A stretch of DNA of 64,000 nt from Eledone cirrhosa (GCA_964016885.1 OZ024745.1:33480001-33544000); one strand, 5' to 3'; shown: positions 24,731 through 35,464, numbered from the stretch's first letter. The notes: generated by a model from the letters alone, not told the origin. Made by a program: numbers and translations.

Positions 24731-27231
24731 ATAATAACAATAACAATAATGAAATATTGTGTACAGTGCCCAGGTGCACCACAACTCATCAAAAAAGTGC
24801 ATGTACAGTACATAGGGCAATGCACAAACATCAGTAAAATGAACAGTGCACGAGTCATGATACACACATGTGTGCATGTGTATGGAAGGGGTACATCAGG
24901 TGTAGTTTTGGCGTATTTCGGGAAGCATGAGTGTCTTAAAGGATGCAGTGTCTCAGCAGCTAACAATAGACGCAGGCAGTTTGTTCCATGCTTCAGCAAT
25001 TCTGAGCGTGAAAAAATGTCTGCGAAAGTCATGGGAGCTGTGCTGTTTTCTTATCTTGTAGGCATGTCCACGTGTGTTAGACACATGGAGATCAAAGAGG
25101 CACTCAGGGTTGCAGTTGGCGAGATGGTTAAAAACTTTGTGGGTATTCACCAAGTCCATTGCCAGACGTCGGAGCTTCAATGAATCCATGCCCAGGGAAG
25201 CAAGGCGTTCAGAGTATGGTAGGTGTCTGATGGAGGGTATGCGCTTGGTTGCACGTCTCTGAACAGTTTCCAGGAGGTCAATGTTCTGAGCAAGATAGGG
25301 GTTCCAGACTGATGATGCGAATTCCAAGTGTGGTCGCACCATAGCTGTATACAGTTTTAAATAGATGGCTGGAGAGCGGCTAACAAAGGTCTTGCTGAGT
25401 GATGCCAAGACACCCTCGGCCTTCTTGACAATCTTAGAGACATGCTTTGTCCAACGCAAATCGTTGCTGACAGTAATGCCCAGGTCACATTCACAAGAAG
25501 ACTTCTTGATATTAGTGTTGTGGAGGGAGTATGTGGACACTGGGTTTTTACTCCCAAAATGCATGGTGGTACACTTGTCCACAGCCAGCTTCAGTTGCCA
25601 GTCTGTGATCCATTGCTGCATTGTGTCCAGGTCTGACTGTAGGAAAGAGTTGTAAATTTCAGGATCAGTCCTTTTGATTTCAAGGTACAGCTTGATGTCA
25701 TCTGCATATTTTAGTACCGTGGCATTCTGTAAGTTGGCATCTATGTCATTAATATATGCCACAAACAAAAGAGGACCAAGAACAGATCCCTGTGGTACAC
25801 CAGATGACATCTCATATGGTGAAGAATGCTGTCCTAGAACCGTGTCTACTTCCTTTCGGCTGAGAATGAAGGATTTCAGCCAGTCGAAAAGATCATCCCT
25901 CACACCCATTGCAGAGAGTTTTGCCATAAGTCTTTTGTGTGGCACAGAATTAAAAGCCTTAGCAAAGTCAAGGTAAACAACATCCACCCATGAGCCGCTG
26001 TCAGTGATCCGGGTGATGTCCTCAAGGAACTCGATAAGCTGATCACAGCAGCTGGAGTTAGGGATAAATCCAAACTGTGAGGGCCGGATGAGGCTGTGAG
26101 AGCTCCAGAAGTTCCAAAGTGTTTCTCTGACACAGGATTCCATCAGTTTGGCCATACAGCTAGTAAGACTAACTGGACGATAGTTGACAGGTGACATGCG
26201 GTTGCCCTTTTTGAACAGGGGAATGACACTGGCAGTTTTCCACTGCTCCGGAGTAGCACCATTGCTGAGACAGTATTGAAAGAAAAAAGAAAGCTGGCGC
26301 AAAAGGAAATCCCCGCCACGTTTGAGAAGCAGGTATGTCACACCATCAAGACCAGGGGAGGCATAGTTGCGCTTATTCTTAAGGTGACGTCGCAACATTG
26401 CAGGTGTAAATTCCATAGTTGTTATGGAATTTGATGTTAGAGATGGTGGAGATGGTACATTCTGGTTTTCAACCGTAAAAATACTTGCATAGCACTCAGC
26501 AACGAGTTCTGCGCATTCCTTGGGATCATCAGTGATCTGGCTTGTGTGGGGATTGCGAAGAGGACCAACTGGAGAGTGAGGTCTCTGCTTTGAATGAACA
26601 TATTTCCAGAACACCTTACTGTCAGGATTGGTTGCGATGCACTGTTCAAATTCAAGCACTGCCTTCTTTGTCACTTGCTTGAGATGGTTAAAAGATTTAT
26701 TCCGCTTTTTTCTGTTGGCATCTGATCTATGCAGTTTATATTCCCGTTCAGCGTTCCGACGTTCTTTCCTGGCAAGTCGGACCGCTGAAGTTTCCCAGAT
26801 TGCACTTTTGGGGTGGTTATTTTTCCGCTTCCGTGGCACTGATGCTGCACACGCTATCCATATTGAGTCCAGGATGCTCTGGAGTATAGAGTTCACATCT
26901 CCAGAGTTATACATCTCATGCCAGTTTGGGCGCTGTAGCTCAGTGCAGTACAAGTTCCAATCCGCCCTCTTCCAATCAAAGCAAGCAGATTGGAGATGGC
27001 TCTGGTTTTTGTTGCTGCCCTCAAGTGCCAGATTGGCAATGATCATAGCATGATCAGAGTCGCCTAGAGGTTCCTCAGTAGTACAACTGATAACCACTTC
27101 AGGAGTAGTGGTGAAGATCAGGTCCAAAGTGTTGTCACCTCTTGTTGGAGAGGTGACTACTTGTGACCAGTTTGAGTCCAGCACTAGTTCAAGGAAATCG
27201 TTCGCACCCTGTGGCCAACGAAAGGTTTCCT
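24731..27231 (-). mobile_element. 5'-truncated CR1/L2-group LINE (ORF2 plus 3'UTR and (ATT)n tail)
   Basis: APE endonuclease C-terminus (PTRGDNTLDLIFT...SDH). RT motifs SPGLDG, NYRPVSLTS, QFGF, YLDFAKAFNSVPH, GVPQGSVLGPLLF, YADD, DLG. CR1-type C-terminus (RPHLEFAS.VW, TRGH, FFTLR..EAWNKLP). Confidence 0.95.
24896..27231 (-). pseudogene. LINE ORF2 (endonuclease remnant plus reverse transcriptase), open except for one late TGA
   Basis: 743-aa ORF in the track. TGA at 24953-24955 corresponds to CGA in both sister copies. The frame continues DTASFKTLMLPEIRQNYT to a stop at 24896-24898. Confidence 0.9.
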
Positions 27232-27319
27232 AATACAAGTGATTATATCATAAAAGTTCACGTTATTGACTGTATTTGTTGATCATGGGATGTATATTTA
27301 TACCTACTTACTTATATCA

Positions 27320-27600
27320 GTGAAGGCACGTGGCTTAGTGGTTAGAGAGTTGGATTCACAATCGTGAGGTTGCGAGTTCAATTCTTGAACTGGGTGATGC
27401 GTTGTATCCTTGAGCAAGACACTTTATTTCATGTTGCTCCTTCTGCCAGGCATTGGGACTGATAGATAGTATCAGCAATAGAAAGACCAATGGAAACATT
27501 GTTTTCTTGGTCCGATTTGAAGAGATCCACCCCACTCAGCAAGCAAATGAGTTCTGGGATCTTGTCGATCGATCAGAACAAGCAAACTTATATCAGATGA
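27320..27600 (+). mobile_element. tRNA-headed CORE-like SINE with a distinct 3' body
   Basis: GTGAAGGCACGTGGCTTAGTGGTTAGAG...GAGTTCAATTC...CCTTGAGCAAGACACTTTATTTC...GATAGATAGTATCAGCAAT...GGTCCGATTTGA. Same subfamily as 56455-56688 (-). Confidence 0.8.
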
Positions 27601-28625
27601 AGACAAAGTTTTTAGAAGGGAGAGAGGAAATACAAACTTGTGATATGCAAGATTTTTTTTCCCAAAGCTAATTAAGTATAAAGTGTTTCTAGTTTACATT
27701 AAAATGTTTATCAAGGCTAAGATTTTGGAGAGTTCACCACTGCAGTATGGTTAATATAAAATATCTCTCATGCTTCAGAGGCTCATCAGAGCACAGCTTC
27801 TCCTGGTTTCCTTGACATTATACAACTGAGAGTAAAAGACTCCTCACTAGACTGGATGCCAATCCAGCAAAGAGTTAACTTTTAGCTGTTGCTGGTATTT
27901 ATTTCTTTTAACTTAACTTAACTGGAACAATATGAAATTAACTGTCTTGTTCAAGGAGGCAATGCACCACCTGGTTCAGGAATCGGATCCATGACTATAT
28001 GATCTTGATCCAAACAGCCTTCATACTGCAATACAGTATCAAACCCCAATTCATCTGCTTTATAACTTTCTGGAAGCAATAAAATGACTGTTGTTCTGAC
28101 TGTGAAGGGAAAAGTGACCGGAATTTGGTTTGCCAAGCAGTTACAACAATATGCAATAAGAGTACAAATTAGAAATGCAATAAACCAACCAAACAATTGT
28201 TTAATGAAACATCCATCAGATTTTAATTCTATGAGAGATATTTACAACAATCTTTCATGAGTAGAATGATAATGTAAGAATAGTCTTCTATATATAAATA
28301 TTATTGTCTTTAAATATATTCTGTGTTTGGATATATCCATATCCATAGACATATACAGAAAGCTACAAAGATTATTTCAGTACACTATTTTAAAATATGT
28401 TATACCTATCTATCTAGCCCACCCCCCCTGCCCCCTTCTCTGTCTATCTATATATATAGTTCTCTATGTGCAAAATATGGTCACCTGACGTGACTTGTCT
28501 CATAACATGACAATCTGTCTAAAATGCAAGCATGGAAAGTAGATGTTAAACAGTGATGATGATATATATATGTATATATATCTTGCAAGAAGGAAAATAA
28601 ATGTTAAAATGATATATATGAATAT

Positions 28626-28662
<37 letters not shown>

Positions 28663-28769
28663 TAATGCTGGATAGATATGACTAACATGGAGTGCTTTTA
28701 CCTGTTTACACCTGTTTATCAATGAGATGTTGCAACACAACTCTTACAGATGAGCAACACAGTAATTAG

Positions 28770-28817
<48 letters not shown>

Positions 28818-28835
28818 GTGTGAGTGTGTGTGTGA

Positions 28836-28874
<39 letters not shown>

Positions 28875-29169
28875 AATATATATTAGATATATATGTATAT
28901 TTTATATCAATATGTAGTAATCTATATATCTATTATTTATATATATATAAAGTGAGTCATATAAATATATATCATATTATATAACTTCAGCTGATATTAT
29001 TGTCATTTTAATATCAGCTTTCCCTGATATATATAAACTAAAGGTATACAATTAGTTATTATATCTGTTGTGCGACACAGAGTAGCACCAGTTGTTGCTA
29101 TTTGATTCTATCTTAACTCTTTGCTTTTGTTATGGTCGAGACTTCTTCATTATGCTCTTGTGTGTTGAT

Positions 29170-29202
29170 TTATATCTTTCTTGTGTTGCGGCTTCTGGGA
29201 TT
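29170..29202 (-). CDS. Probable terminal coding exon of the CCDC171-like gene (NPRSRNTRKI* if joined in phase 0), followed by 3'UTR
   Basis: Very strong acceptor on minus strand (TTTTTTTTTGTTTCTCCTTGCAG|AAT) in unique sequence downstream of the phase-0 donor at 35318. No homology support, and an intervening exon could change the frame. Confidence 0.45.
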   Translation of the reverse strand, partial: NPRSRNTRKI

Positions 29203-29517
29203 CTGCAAGGAGAAACAAAAAAAAAGATTAAACTAAAGAAACATAGAAATATAATACTCTTTTGTAAACAAGTACACAAAACAGAAAGTGGCATAAAAGA
29301 GTTTAAAGACATCCAACATGCAGAGTTATTTAACCCTTTTGTTACTGTAGTTGTAATGAAATATGCTCTCTATGTATATAATTTACTTTTCATTTAGTAA
29401 GCTGATCTTTGAAACGTTACTTAATAATTGATGTTTGTACCAGTCAATCAAGTTTTCTATTAGCAACACATCTCCTGGAAAACACATAGAGCAGGTGTGT
29501 CAGGTCATCCTAACCTT

Positions 29518-29670
29518 CAGTTGATGAGTCCAGAATCACTGAGGTCGAAGAAAACAAGACAGTTTAAGTCCAAACTCAAACTCATGTTGATAGCATTCTT
29601 TGATGTGAGGGGCTTGGGTCACATAGAGTTAGGGCCAGATGATTACCTCAGGGCCAAATGATCAACCAGC
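29518..29670 (+). pseudogene. Mariner transposase fragment
   Basis: Translates QLMSPESLRSKKTRQFKSKLKLMLIAFFDVRGLGHIEL...PQGQMINQ, matching the mariner motif SP..PRPKK.R...SK.K.ML..FFD..G.VH.E..P.GQT.N. Confidence 0.8.
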
Positions 29671-29934
29671 ATTGACATGGCCCTTCCCTCCTAGACTTAA
29701 GCAATGATGATGATGATAATAAAAACTAGTGAGTAAGATAAATATCTTATCTTTATTTACACGTATTATTGTTTTTATCTCAACTTAGTTAATGGTTAAA
29801 AAAAAGAAGAATATTAAATTGTGCCTTTAAAGACCATTTCTTAAATATTATGGCATAATAATACCTGATTCTACCAAATACATATAATATGTTTTTACAT
29901 TATCATTCACAGACATTAATACAACAAATAAGCA

Positions 29935-30369
29935 CTAAGTCCACCCTGTAAGGTGGTCATGTTGGTGACATGACAAAAAGCATCCAGTCTACCCATTAAA
30001 GTAGTTGTGTTGGTGACACGGCAAATAAGCCCTCGTCCACCTTGTAAAGTGAGCATGTTGGTGACATGACAAAAAGCACCTAGTCCACCCTGTAAGGTGG
30101 TCAAGATGGTGACACAATGAAAAAGTACCCAGCCCAACCTGTCAGTTGGTCATTTTAGTGTCACGATAAAAAGGACTCGGTCCACACTGTAAATGTGGTT
30201 GATATTAGGAAGGGCATCCGGCTGTAGAAACCCAGCCAGAAAGAGTTCTGTATGAGCAAGACACGGACACCTGATCTGAATTATCTCACAACAGGACAAC
30301 TTGTCTAACTCATGTTATTGTGGAAAATGGATGTTTAAACATGATGATGATGATGATGATGATGATGAT
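29935..30369 (+). mobile_element. RTE-tailed SINE segment with internal 48-bp tandem repeat
   Basis: 5-6 units of TCCACCCTGTAAGGTGGTCATGTTGGTGACATGACAAAAAGCA.CCAG, then TTAGGAAGGGCATCCGGCTGTAGAAA ... GTGGAAAATGGATGTTTAAAC(ATG)n. Confidence 0.7.
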
Positions 30370-30479
30370 TCAGATGCTGATTATGGAAATCATCAAAGTT
30401 TATATTTTCTTTTCTTTTCAACCTCACAAGACCTAAAAGTAAGTCTTTCAAAATGAGTTTCATCAGTTCTTACAAGTGT

Positions 30480-30790
30480 TCCCATTGTTTGATCAATGGA
30501 ACAACCTGCTCATGAAGTTATCGTGCAAGTCTCTGAGTATTCTACAAACACGTATACCTTTAATGTAATTCTCAGGGAGATTCAGTGTGACACAATATGT
30601 GACAAGACTGGCTCTTTTGAATTACAGGTACAGTTCCCTTTTGCCAGCTAAGTGAACTAGAGCAATGTGCAACCAGGAATCAAACTCCCAACTCTGAACT
30701 CCCCTAACCACTAAGCTACCAGGAATAAAATCCCAACCCTACAACTGTGAGCTAAACACCCCTGATCACTGATCCTCATACCTTCACTCA
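30480..30790 (-). mobile_element. Degenerate CORE-like SINE
   Basis: Reverse complement has decayed tRNA-head pieces (TTAGTGGTTAG, GTTTGATTCC) and TTGCTCTAGTTCACTTAGCTGGC. Confidence 0.55.
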
Positions 30791-31239
30791 ACCTCTAATT
30801 ACATATTTTTCAATAATGTTAAAGTCAACAATCCCTTTTGAAGAAATTTCTAGCAATATTTGTATTACAGTTGACTACCAGTAGTCCAGTAATAAACTCT
30901 GCTGCTGATGTAATCAGAGCACAAGTAAATCAAAGACTCAAAGGTCAATTTGGTAACTTTCATATCATAGAGTTTTGTCAATCTACATAATTGTTTTTTT
31001 AATGTATTGATCAAATAGCTTGGTTAGTGCATTCAGTGCATTGATTAAACCTATATAATTATACCATACAGGTTATATATTATACAATATTACATTTGAA
31101 AAATAACTGTGTTTGGTTTAATATTAAATTGGATTGTCCTAATCATCACCATCATCATCATCATCATCATCATCATCACCATCCTCATTGAATTGAGGCC
31201 ATAGAAGCATTTAATCATGAATAAATAAGGGAAAATGGT

Positions 31240-32240
31240 TTGCCTTTCACCACTCTAGGGTCAATAAAATAAAAAAGTCAGTCAATTATTGGGATTGATC
31301 CTGGTGGATTGGCAGTTCGGTAAGGGGTTAGACGCCATGCTTTGCAGCATAGAGTTATGGTCCTTTACAGTCTGAGTTCAAATCCCACTGAGGTTAACTC
31401 TGCCTTTCATCCTTACAGGGTCAATAAAAAAAGCACCAGTAACGTACTGGGATTGATTTAATTGGCTTTCCCCTCCGCCCAAATTACCGGCCTTGTGCCT
31501 ATACTAGAAATCATTATTATTATTATTCAAATCCCGCCGAGGTTAACTTTGCCTTTCATCCTTACGGGGGTCGATAAAATAAAGTACCAGTAATGCACTG
31601 GGTAATTGCTGGCCTTGTGCCAAAAGTAGAAACTTATTATTATTATGTTATCCTTCTGGGTTCAATAAAATAAAGTTCCAGTCAAGTACTAGGTTGATAT
31701 AATCAAGTTTCCCCTTCCACTAAATTGCAGGCTTAGTGCCAGTGTTAGAAAGAATTATTGTTATTATTATTATTATCATTTTAAAAAATAAGGGACGGTG
31801 GATTGGCAGTATCGGGAGAGCGTCTGACACCATGCTTCACGGCATAGAGTTATGACCATTTACGTTGAGAGTTCAAATCCCGCCGAGGTTAGCTTTGCCT
31901 TTCTTCCTTATAGGTTCGATAAAATAAACCACCAGTAATGCACTGGGGTCAATTTAATCGACTTCCCCCTCCCCCAAATTGCTGGCCTTGTGCCTAGAGT
32001 AGAAATCATTATTATTTTTAAAGATCAGTGGATTAGAGGGCGATGGATTGGCAGTATCGGTAGAGAGTCAAACACCATGCTTTGAAGCATAGAGTTACGT
32101 CCCTTTATGATCTGAGTTCAAATCCCGCCGAGGTTAACTTTGCCTTTCATCCTTACGGGGTCGATAAAATAAAGTACCAGTAATGTACTGGGTAATTGCT
32201 GTCCTTGTGCCTATAGTAGAAATCATTATTATTTTTAAAG
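31240..32240 (+). mobile_element. Head-to-tail cluster of about 6 SINE copies (tRNA head, MetaSINE/Sauria-like central domain, (ATT)n tail)
   Basis: Repeated GGATTGGCAGTATCGG...GAGTTCAAATCCCGCCGAGGTTAACTTTGCCTTTCATCCTTACGGGGTCGATAAAATAAAGTACCAG...GGCCTTGTGCC...TAGAAATC(ATT)n. Domain name assigned from memory. Confidence 0.9.
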
Positions 32241-32416
32241 ATCTTACTGTGTGATGTATTCAGTTTATAATTGATACATTGTATCTCTGCAGGTTGTAAG
32301 AGGCAACTAAAAATGTTGGTGCCAGAAAGGGCATCTGGCTATAAAACACTACCTCAGAAAGAAACCCCATGATGAGTATAAAACCTATCATGAGGTATAC
32401 AAAGCCAACCCCTGCC

Positions 32417-32610
32417 TTAACTCTTTAATGTTCAAACCGGCCAAAACCGGCCAGAATTCTCTACCTCTTTCTGTTGAAACTGGCTGTAACTGGTTGCTCA
32501 AACTGATGTTAAGGTATTGTTCTCAAAATAAATACTTTCAAAATCTCATAGATTCGATATTATGTGAGGTAAAGCCTTTACCATGAAAATATAATAGTAT
32601 ATATAGAATA
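32417..32610 (+). mobile_element. piggyBac-type MITE lacking its right TIR
   Basis: Near-identical to 21958-22168; ends at TATATAGAATAAT, where an inverted SINE begins. Confidence 0.75.
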
Positions 32611-32780
32611 ATTGTTTCTACTTTAGGCACAAGGCCAGCAATTACCCAGTGCATTACTGGTACTTTATTTTATCGACCCCGTAAGGATGAAAGGCAAAGT
32701 TAACCTCGGCGGGATTTGAATTCAGAATGGAAAGGGCCGTAACTCTTTGCGTCATTGCATGGCATCCGACCCTCTACCAC
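32611..32780 (-). mobile_element. SINE, same family as 31240-32240
   Basis: Reverse complement contains GAATTCAAATCCCGCCGAGGTTAACTTTGCCTTTCATCCTTACGGGGTCGATAAAATAAAGTACCAG. Confidence 0.9.
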
Positions 32781-32873
32781 AATAGTTTAGTGTTAACATA
32801 TTTAACAGAGTGAACATAAAAAAAAACTTTCAAATTTCACAACAGTTTGTAATATTAAAAGCTAATTTTACAT

Positions 32874-33102
32874 TTAACCCTTTAGCATTTAAACTGGCCA
32901 TATCCGGCCAGTACAATCTCACCCCGTTCTGTTCAAACCGGCTGAATCTGACCACTCATACCTAGATTAAGGTATTGTTCTCAAAATAGATAACATCAAA
33001 ATCTCGTAGATTCGATATTATGCGAGATAATTATGTAAGATAAACCCTTTACTGTGAAAATACAATAGTATATATAGAATAATGTAAATGCTAAAGGGTT
33101 AA
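32874..33102. mobile_element. Complete piggyBac-type MITE (221 bp between TSDs)
   Basis: TTAA TSDs at 32874-32877 and 33099-33102; perfect 14-bp TIRs CCCTTTAGCATTTA / TAAATGCTAAAGGG. Confidence 0.92.
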
Positions 33103-33164
33103 AAGGAGCCATCAAACAATATTTTATAGACAAAAATATTTCTCTTATTCATTATCATTAACAT

Positions 33165-33460
33165 CCCATGACTTTCGTAGACATTTTTTCACGCTCAGAG
33201 TTGCTGAAGCATGGAACAAACTGCCTGCGTCAGTTGTTAGCTGCCGAGACACTGCATCCTTTAAGACACTCATGCTTCCCGAAATACGCCAAAACTACAC
33301 CTGACCCCTTCCATACACATGCACACATGTGTGTATCATGACTCTTGCACTGTTCATTTTCCTGATGTTTGTACATTACCCTATGTACTATACATACACT
33401 TTTTGATGAGTTGTAGTGCACCTGAGCACTGTACACAATATTTCATTATTATTATTATTA
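33165..33460 (+). mobile_element. 3' fragment of the CR1/L2-type LINE
   Basis: Encodes SHDFRRHFFTLRVAEAWNKLPASVVSCRDTASFKTLMLPEIRQNYT*, followed by 3'UTR, a GTAGTGC-ACCTGA-GCACTGT stem-loop and (ATT)n. Confidence 0.92.
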
Positions 33461-34499
33461 AAATGTATGATGATTTGCACAGGTTACTGTGGTTGTCAGA
33501 TTAAGATAACCTAGATAGTATTAAATATATTAAGGTCAAATTAAAAGTAAATTCCTTGTTACATTCATCCCATCTCTAAATAAAAGTGAAACAAAATGAA
33601 CCTAAGAAAGCCGTGGTGTATTTAGGCAAAGGGGGAAGGCACAACCTTTGTTTAATCTGAGTTAAAATTTGGGAACAAAATAGGGTGTAAATAACACTAA
33701 TCACTGCTGACAAGCAGCTGAGTATAATGATTTATATAAGAGAATAAACAGTTATTTTATGAAAAAAAAAAAGAAAAAAAATCGAGGCTTTTAAGAAAAT
33801 GACGAAACTCTCACCTGACTAGTCATTTGAGTTCCTTTAATTCTTACCTAGTAATTGGGTCACCATAACAAAGGGAAGACTGCGGCGTAAATATCTCCAT
33901 AATTGTTTTATAATTGTTTTGAAGGGTCAAGTGAGGACACCAATAGAGATGCTATATGAACATCTTTTAGGAACAATGACTCAGGTAAGAGCTAGCGCTA
34001 GTAGAAAGTGTAATGATACTACACAGGTAACTTTCATTTTTCTTTTTATTATTTAGTTTAATTCTTTTGTAAAAGAGTTAAAAAGTTATTTTAACAAAAC
34101 ACAAGGCATTATCTTTTCCACTTGATAATTAAATTGTGAGAGGCTTCCTTCAGTCATGACTAACCATGGATTTGCACCTAGAAAGGTCTTCTCCAAGGTG
34201 CAAACCTGGGCAAGGTATTTTGTGGAAGACCAGCAAAACCATTTAACAGTATGGACTGGGCACAGTTCATTGTGGCACCAAATTGCCCACTTTACTGTGT
34301 GGACTGGGCACTTTTTCTATATTTAGGAAAAATCTGACTTACTCAGGAGTTAAAGATATGTCTGTGGGCTTTGGTTTAAGATGATATTTAAAGCTGTTGT
34401 CATCCTCCATGGGGAAATATGTCATGTCTACCTACAAAATATAAAACAATATTGATGTAAGCAAAAGTGGTAAACCTTTCTTCATTGTGGTGATGAACT

Positions 34500-34685
34500 G
34501 CTTGCATGGGTTGGACGTGTCCTTCTCAGCATGGAATCTTTTCACTTGTTGCATTCCTTCATCATCTCTGCCAGTCTTAGCGATTTGAGGTCAGCTCTTA
34601 CAACCTATGCTCAGGTCTTTCTTGGTTGTCCTCTACTGGGTCTTCCTTCCATTGGAATTTCCTAGCTTTTCTTCACCCATCGGTC
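34500..34685 (-). mobile_element. Degenerate RTE LINE 3' fragment
   Basis: Reverse complement aligns by eye with 57560-57750 (GGAAATTCCAATGGAAGGAAGA...GGTTGTAAGAGCTGACCTCAAATCGCTAAG). Confidence 0.7.
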
Positions 34686-34717
<32 letters not shown>

Positions 34718-34722
<5 letters not shown>

Positions 34723-34927
34723 GTGGTTACACAACAGTTAGTTCACCATACCGAGAACAATTGTTTCACGTTAGCGGATCCTCAGCTCGTAAAAAGAGGA
34801 TCCGCTAAGGTGAAACAATTGTTCTCGGTATGGTCAACTAACTGTTGTGTAACCACTTCTACCTAACTCGTCCCATTAACTGAGTGTTCTACCACTACGG
34901 ATATTACCTTCCAGTGTTCTACCACTA
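34718..34927. mobile_element. Fold-back element between (TA)n tracts, probably an inverted Penelope-like pLTR remnant
   Basis: 66-bp arms at 34718-34783 and 34796-34861 with 2 mismatches and a 12-nt spacer; contains a hammerhead motif. Confidence 0.65.
34752..34789 (-). ncRNA. Minimal type I hammerhead ribozyme motif
   Basis: Minus strand reads CGAG-CUGAGGA-UCCGCUAACGU-GAAA-C-AAUU-G-UU-CUCG: stem I CGAG/CUCG, core CUGANGA and GAAA, 1-bp stem III with palindromic loop, GUU cleavage triplet. Stem II is weak. Confidence 0.65.
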
Positions 34928-35051
34928 TATATATATATTTGTTTTGTAATGTTTTTGATATGAAATCGTGTGTCGAAACAAGAATAAATAAATAAATAAA
35001 TAAATAAAATAAAAATGGCGTAGACATTACAATACAATGGGAGGAAACATA

Positions 35052-35104
35052 ATAGTACCACTGATGATGTTGCAGATGTGCAACGAAAGAACTTTCTGTA
35101 TTTT
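35052..35104 (+). ncRNA. Second, partly degenerate type I hammerhead motif
   Basis: AGUACCA-CUGAUGA-U-GUUGCA-GAUG-UGCAAC-GAAA-GAACUUUC-UGUAUU: intact core, perfect 6-bp stem II. Stem I needs one missing G to pair fully. Confidence 0.55.
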
Positions 35105-35268
35105 TAACTGCTGGTCAATCAATGATAAACATTGATTGCCAAATAAATAAACTATGGAGATATAAAAGATACAGAAGCGAAAACCAACCCAAACCAAACC
35201 AAACAGTGAGTGTGTTCTGTTATTATTTCTAGCAATATTATAACAATATGACCCTCCCCAAGTATAAC

Positions 35269-35303
<35 letters not shown>

Positions 35304-35317
35304 GTAAACTAACTTAC

Positions 35318-35464
35318 CAATTCTTCTCTATCTTGGTGAATAACATTGGAAAATTCAGCTTTCAGTGTGGTAATGTGTTTTCGTATGGAGATCACTTCTT
35401 CTTCTAGAATGCCAACTTTACGGAAAGCATGGAGCAGAGACTCAACAAATGACTTCACCAAATC
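35318..35464 (-). CDS. CCDC171: CCDC171-like exon, 147 nt, phase 0/0
   Basis: DLVKSFVESLLHAFRKVGILEEEVISIRKHITTLKAEFSNVIHQDREEL; AAG acceptor, GTAAGT donor. Resembles human CCDC171 'MIKSFMDV...LEKEMTSHRSHIAALKSEL' (recalled, not searched). Confidence 0.8.

Noticed and set aside
24650-27053. Numerous short ORFs overlapping the LINEs (also 36085-38080 and 54316-55041)
   Set aside because: Antisense or alternate-frame shadows of RT coding sequence.
27951-28196. 81-aa ORF with a signal-peptide-like start, and a nearby acceptor-like site
   Set aside because: Non-ATG start, runs into a SINE, no recognisable homology; more likely 3'UTR or intergenic.
30960-30990. Alternative terminal exon IDKTL* for the CCDC171-like gene
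   Set aside because: The acceptor lacks a polypyrimidine tract; the site at 29202 is much stronger.
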